64,000 nucleotides of DNA. Origin: an uncultured Gemmatimonadales bacterium. GTDB lineage: Bacteria; Gemmatimonadota; Gemmatimonadetes; Gemmatimonadales; GWC2-71-9. Below the pieces are notes generated by a model. The model was not told the DNA's origin. It ran no database searches and worked only from the letters and a program-made list of their open reading frames with translations. The translations under genes and the position numbers were made by a program. Location: the NCBI GenBank assembly GCA_963771275.1, contig CAVYSW010000003.1:1600001-1664000 (forward strand), read 5' to 3'. Below are positions 60,378-64,000 of the stretch, piece after piece (position 1 is the stretch's first letter; every line of letters begins with the position of its first letter).

Positions 60378-60653
60378 CTACTGGCTCGCGAGAACCGTCT
60401 CGCTTCGCTGGATCACCGGCTGGCAATACCGCTCGCCCAAGCGTCGCAGCTCGACGAGCTCCGTCGGCGTGAGTCCCTCGTAGCGCTCGGCGAGGTACTC
60501 CATCGTATCATCAAACCACTCCTTCTGATCTTCCACCGCCGCCTCCAGCACCCCGCAGCGAAGGATGTGGCTGAACAGTTCGTCCCGCGCCTGATCGAAC
60601 ACGCGATTGGGGGTCGTCGGTTCCCGACGCTTCGGTGCCTTCCCTTTGCCCAT
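60378..60653 (-). CDS. Small hypothetical protein
   Basis: MGKGKAPKRR..ARDELFSHI.RCGVL.A...W..DT..Y..ERY; AGGAG upstream; coding-like composition. Confidence 0.7.
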   Translation of the reverse strand: MGKGKAPKRREPTTPNRVFDQARDELFSHILRCGVLEAAVEDQKEWFDDTMEYLAERYEGLTPTELVELRRLGERYCQPVIQRSETVLASQ

Positions 60654-60773
60654 GCCGCTGGAACTCCTGTCGCCTGAATGTGATAGAACGGTGCGAAAGG
60701 TAAGGGGTGCGGCCGGTCCGCGCAAACCGGTTAGATTCCGCCCTGCGCGTCGCTCACGAAGCCGGGAAACGAT

Positions 60774-61067
60774 ATGCCTGAGCCCACCTACGGTCCCGAG
60801 CGGGCACGACGGCTCGTGGAGCTGCTGCGGACGCTGGCGGTGCGGATCATCGAGCTGGACGACGCCGCCCTGCTCGCCGCCGGCCCGGCCCTGCTCAAGC
60901 TGCTCGGTGACGCACGCAGCGAGCTGTTTCACTACGAAGTGCGCAGCACGTACGACACGCCCGAGATCGCCGAGAGCCGGCGCATCGTGCGCGAGGCGCA
61001 GCTCGGCGACGCACTACGTGACGACCCGGACGAGGGGGACGCCCGATGGCGGGAGAGCAACGGATGA
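60774..61067 (+). CDS. Small hypothetical protein
   Basis: Helical 97 aa; ATGA overlap with the DsbA-like gene. Confidence 0.65.
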   Translation: MPEPTYGPERARRLVELLRTLAVRIIELDDAALLAAGPALLKLLGDARSELFHYEVRSTYDTPEIAESRRIVREAQLGDALRDDPDEGDARWRESNG

Positions 61068-61714
61068 AGCGGTTCTACGTGGCACTCGCGGTGATCGCGG
61101 TGATCGGCGTGGCGGCGCTGCTGATGGCCCGGAAACGGAGCAGCGACGGCACCCAGGTCCTGGCCTCGGTCGCCGCCGACTCGACCGTGTTTCCGGGGCA
61201 CGTGCTCGGCAGTGACACCGCACCGGTCACGATCGTCGAATACGCCGACTTCCAGTGTCCGGCGTGCGGCAAGTTCGCGGTGCTCACGGAGCCCGACGTG
61301 CGGACGCGCCTGGTGAACACGGGGCGGGTGCGCTGGATCTTCCGCGATTTCCCGCTCGACGGACATCCCAACTCCATGCCGGCGCACCTCGCGGCCGCCT
61401 GCGCGGGGGAACAGGGCAAGTTCTTCCAGATGCACGACGAGCTGTACTTCAACCAGGGGCGCTGGGCCCTCGAAGCCCGACCGCAGCGCCAGTTTCGCGC
61501 CTACGCCCGGGCGATCGGCCTCGACCTGAGCCGCTACGACGACTGTGTCGCCTCCAAGCGGTACCTGGGCCGCCTGACCGCGATGAAAGACAATGCGCTG
61601 AGCCGCGGCATCAACGAGACGCCCACCTTCGAGATCGACAACCGGCGCATGTCGGGCTACATCGACTACGACAGCCTGAAGGCGCTCGTCGATCGGGCGG
61701 CGGGCAGCCGGTGA
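61064..61714 (+). CDS. DsbA/BdbD-like thiol-disulfide oxidoreductase
   Basis: N-terminal anchor, G...APVTIVEYADFQCPAC, RDFPL, EQGKF..MHD.L, TPTF (cis-Pro). Confidence 0.92.
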   Translation: MKRFYVALAVIAVIGVAALLMARKRSSDGTQVLASVAADSTVFPGHVLGSDTAPVTIVEYADFQCPACGKFAVLTEPDVRTRLVNTGRVRWIFRDFPLDGHPNSMPAHLAAACAGEQGKFFQMHDELYFNQGRWALEARPQRQFRAYARAIGLDLSRYDDCVASKRYLGRLTAMKDNALSRGINETPTFEIDNRRMSGYIDYDSLKALVDRAAGSR

Positions 61715-62145
61715 CCCATCGCATGATCGCGGCGACACTCGCCCTCGTGGGCCTGTTCGTCGCGCTGTATCTGTGGCTCTGGAAGATCGGCGTCCTCGGA
61801 GTGCTCGCCTGCGGGGACGGCGGGTGCGAAACCGTCCAGCTGAGCGCCTACGCCGACCTGTTCGGGATTCCCGTCGCGCTCTACGGCGTGGTCGGCTATC
61901 TCGCCCTGCTGAGCGTCGGGCTCGCGGGGGTGCAGGGCCCGCTGGCCACCCGGCGCGGGCCGACCACCGCGCTCGTGCTGCTCGCGGGTGTCGGGGTGGC
62001 CTTCAGCGGCTACCTCACCTACCTGGAAGCCGCGGTGATTCACGCGTGGTGCCGCTGGTGCGTGGTGTCGGCCGCGATCGTCACCGCCATCTTCGGGGTC
62101 GCCGTCGCGGGGTGGCTCGGTCAGCGGCGTGGGGCCGGCCACTGA
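61711..62145 (+). CDS. Vitamin K epoxide reductase (VKOR) family protein
   Basis: GTGA overlap; C....C..V..S.YA..FG.PVA..G, S.YL.Y.E..VI.AWC.WC. Confidence 0.92.
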   Translation: MTHRMIAATLALVGLFVALYLWLWKIGVLGVLACGDGGCETVQLSAYADLFGIPVALYGVVGYLALLSVGLAGVQGPLATRRGPTTALVLLAGVGVAFSGYLTYLEAAVIHAWCRWCVVSAAIVTAIFGVAVAGWLGQRRGAGH

Positions 62146-62253
62146 CGCGGCGCGCGTCGCGGACCGGGCGCCCCGGGGTGAGCCGCGATGCGTATATTCC
62201 CCGGCGAAAACGGGGCAGTCGGCTGACGCCAGCGACGCGGTGACGGGAATCTC

Positions 62254-62622
62254 ATGAAAGACGGCGGTGCCAAGCGGCGCGTGTTGTTTGTCGAGGACGA
62301 AGCGGGTCTGCGACAGGCATATCGGCGGTATTTCGGGGGCCGGTTCGATGCGGCGTTCGCCGCCAGCGGCGGCGAGGCGCGTGTGCTCGTGCGGGAGTTC
62401 GCTCCGGACCTCGTGGTGTTGGATCTGCGCCTGCCCGACGGCGACGGCATGGACCTGCTGCGGGATCTGCGCGGGCTGCGCCCCGACCTCCGCGTCGTGA
62501 TCACCACGTCGTACGCCAGCATGCAGCCGCTATTCGAGATGCTCGGCATCGCGCACAGCGGCTACCTCGTGAAGCCCTTCTCCCTGAGCGACCTCGGCGC
62601 GCAGATCGATGCCGCCTTCTGA
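62254..62622 (+). CDS. Single-domain response regulator (REC)
   Basis: VLFVEDE, PDLVVLDLRLPDGDG, VITTSY, YLVKPF. Confidence 0.9.
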   Translation: MKDGGAKRRVLFVEDEAGLRQAYRRYFGGRFDAAFAASGGEARVLVREFAPDLVVLDLRLPDGDGMDLLRDLRGLRPDLRVVITTSYASMQPLFEMLGIAHSGYLVKPFSLSDLGAQIDAAF

Positions 62623-63280
62623 TCCCGTCATCATCGCGACGGGGCTGTCCCGCCGGTTCGCCTACCGGCCGGTGCTGGTGGACGTCTCGCTGGAAGTGCG
62701 GCGCGGGGAGGCGCTCCTGCTCGTCGGCCCCAACGGCGCCGGCAAGACCACCCTGCTCCGAGTCCTGGCGGGACTGCTCCGGCCCACGGCCGGCCACGTG
62801 GAGCGCCGCGCGCCCATCGGGATGGTGGCGCACGAGCCGATGCTCTATCCCGCGCTCACCGCGCGTGAGAATCTCCGCTTCTTCGCCCGCCTCCACGGCG
62901 TGGACACGGCCCGCGTCGCCGAGCTGCTCGAGCAGGTCGACCTGACGCACCGGGCACACGATCGGATCGGCACGTTCAGCCGCGGCATGCTGCAGCGCAT
63001 GGCGATCGCGCGGGCCCTCGTGCACGAGCCCGCCCTGCTGCTGTTCGACGAGCCGCTGAGCGGCCTGGACGCCGCCGCGTCGCGCGCGCTGGTGGCGCTG
63101 CTGGCCGAGCTGCGCGACCGGGGGACGGCCATGATCCTGGTGAGCCACCAGCTCGAGTTGCTGCGCGGCGTGGGGACCCATATCGTCCACATGGCGGGCG
63201 GCCGCCTCGGCCCGGTTGACCCGCTCGACGGCCGCGATCCGGTGGCCCTGTTCACGGCGCTGATGCGCGCGGCGAGCTGA
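62609..63280 (+). CDS. ccmA: Heme exporter ABC ATPase CcmA
   Basis: GPNGAGKTT, FSRGM.QR signature, LLFDEP, H-loop SH; adjacent to ccmB. Confidence 0.88.
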   Translation: MPPSDPVIIATGLSRRFAYRPVLVDVSLEVRRGEALLLVGPNGAGKTTLLRVLAGLLRPTAGHVERRAPIGMVAHEPMLYPALTARENLRFFARLHGVDTARVAELLEQVDLTHRAHDRIGTFSRGMLQRMAIARALVHEPALLLFDEPLSGLDAAASRALVALLAELRDRGTAMILVSHQLELLRGVGTHIVHMAGGRLGPVDPLDGRDPVALFTALMRAAS

Positions 63281-63283
63281 GCC

Positions 63284-63964
63284 GTGGGCGCCGTGCTGCG
63301 GGCGGCCTGGCTCATCGCGATCAAGGATATCGCGATCGAGTGGCGCACCAAGACGGCGTTCGCGTCGGGACTCGTGTTTGCCGTGCTCGTGCTGGCCGTG
63401 CTGTTCTTCTCGCGCGATCCCACCGTCGTGTCGTCGCACGACATCGCCCCTGGCGCCCTGTGGGTCACGTTCACCTTCGCGGCGATGCTTGGCCTGAACC
63501 GCGCGTTCCTGCTGGAGCAGGAGCTGCGCGGGCTCGACGGTATCCTGTTGAGCCCCGCGCCCCGCAGCGCGATCTTCTGGGGGAAGTTCGGCGGGAACCT
63601 GGCGTTCGTCGGGCTGATCGAGGCGGTCAGCATCCTGCTGTTCGTGCCGTTCTACGACGTGCCGATCTGGCTGCGCTTCGGCGAGCTGCTGCTGGTGATC
63701 GCGATGACCACGGTGGCCTTCGTGGCGGTGGGTACCCTGCTCAGCGCGATGGTCGTGCGGACCCGCTACGCGGAGCTGATGCTGCCGCTGCTGCTGCTGC
63801 CGTTCCTCGTGCCGCCCCTGGTGGGCGGCGTGCAGCTCACCGCCGGGTTGCTCGACGGGCGCCCCTTGAGTGCCCTCTCGGGCTGGCTTAAGTTGATCGG
63901 CGCCTTCGACGTGGCCTTCGTCACGCTCGCCGCGCTCCTCTTTCAGGTGGTTTTGGACGAATGA
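63284..63964 (+). CDS. ccmB: Heme exporter permease CcmB
   Basis: KD..IE.R, G.LW..F.FA..LGL.R.F..E, GK...N, LLP.L.LP..VP; multi-TM. Confidence 0.88.
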   Translation: MGAVLRAAWLIAIKDIAIEWRTKTAFASGLVFAVLVLAVLFFSRDPTVVSSHDIAPGALWVTFTFAAMLGLNRAFLLEQELRGLDGILLSPAPRSAIFWGKFGGNLAFVGLIEAVSILLFVPFYDVPIWLRFGELLLVIAMTTVAFVAVGTLLSAMVVRTRYAELMLPLLLLPFLVPPLVGGVQLTAGLLDGRPLSALSGWLKLIGAFDVAFVTLAALLFQVVLDE

Positions 63965-64000
63965 CCCTGCAGGACCGGGCGGTCCGGCTCGCCGGCGTGG
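63961..64000 (+). CDS. Start of next gene, probably CcmC (truncated by window)
   Basis: ATGA overlap with ccmB; identity inferred only from gene order. Confidence 0.45.
   Translation, partial: MTLQDRAVRLAGV

Overview
A very GC-rich bacterial chromosome segment. The SusC/SusD locus, the Ser/Thr kinase-TPR receptor and the general gene style suggest Gemmatimonadota, but this is inference only. 1-12.8 kb is a starch/maltodextrin utilisation locus: a partial GH2, three GH13s, a GH97, and a SusC/SusD pair that is heavily frameshifted while the rest of the window is clean. 13.3-18.3 kb is a five-gene organic-acid catabolic operon (IPMDH-like dehydrogenase, HMG-CoA-lyase-like enzyme, class III CoA-transferase, LeuCD-like hydratase). 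After that come a PflX-like radical SAM gene with a terminator-containing 5' leader, an operon of gdhA, a receiver/PEP-synthase-like protein, a Lon-like protease and a GGR-family reductase, and an Hpt-REC-HEAT-GT2 polysaccharide module. Housekeeping genes include infA, csp, rhomboid, tag, M1 and M16 peptidases, SCO/PCuAC/CtaG, DsbA/VKOR and ccmAB(C). The most unusual items are: (i) a four-gene cassette of metzincin lipoprotein, CxxC membrane protein, transmembrane Ser/Thr kinase and a small Cys-rich membrane peptide; (ii) an in-frame Hsp15-PqqL fusion; (iii) the REC + ATP-grasp + putative phospho-His protein next to gdhA; (iv) four copies of a 9-nt-periodic palindromic REP-like element, one inserted in frame inside a gene; (v) a candidate riboswitch/attenuator. 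No rRNA, tRNA, CRISPR array, transposase or integrase was recognised. All calls come from reading motifs by eye; no database searches were run.
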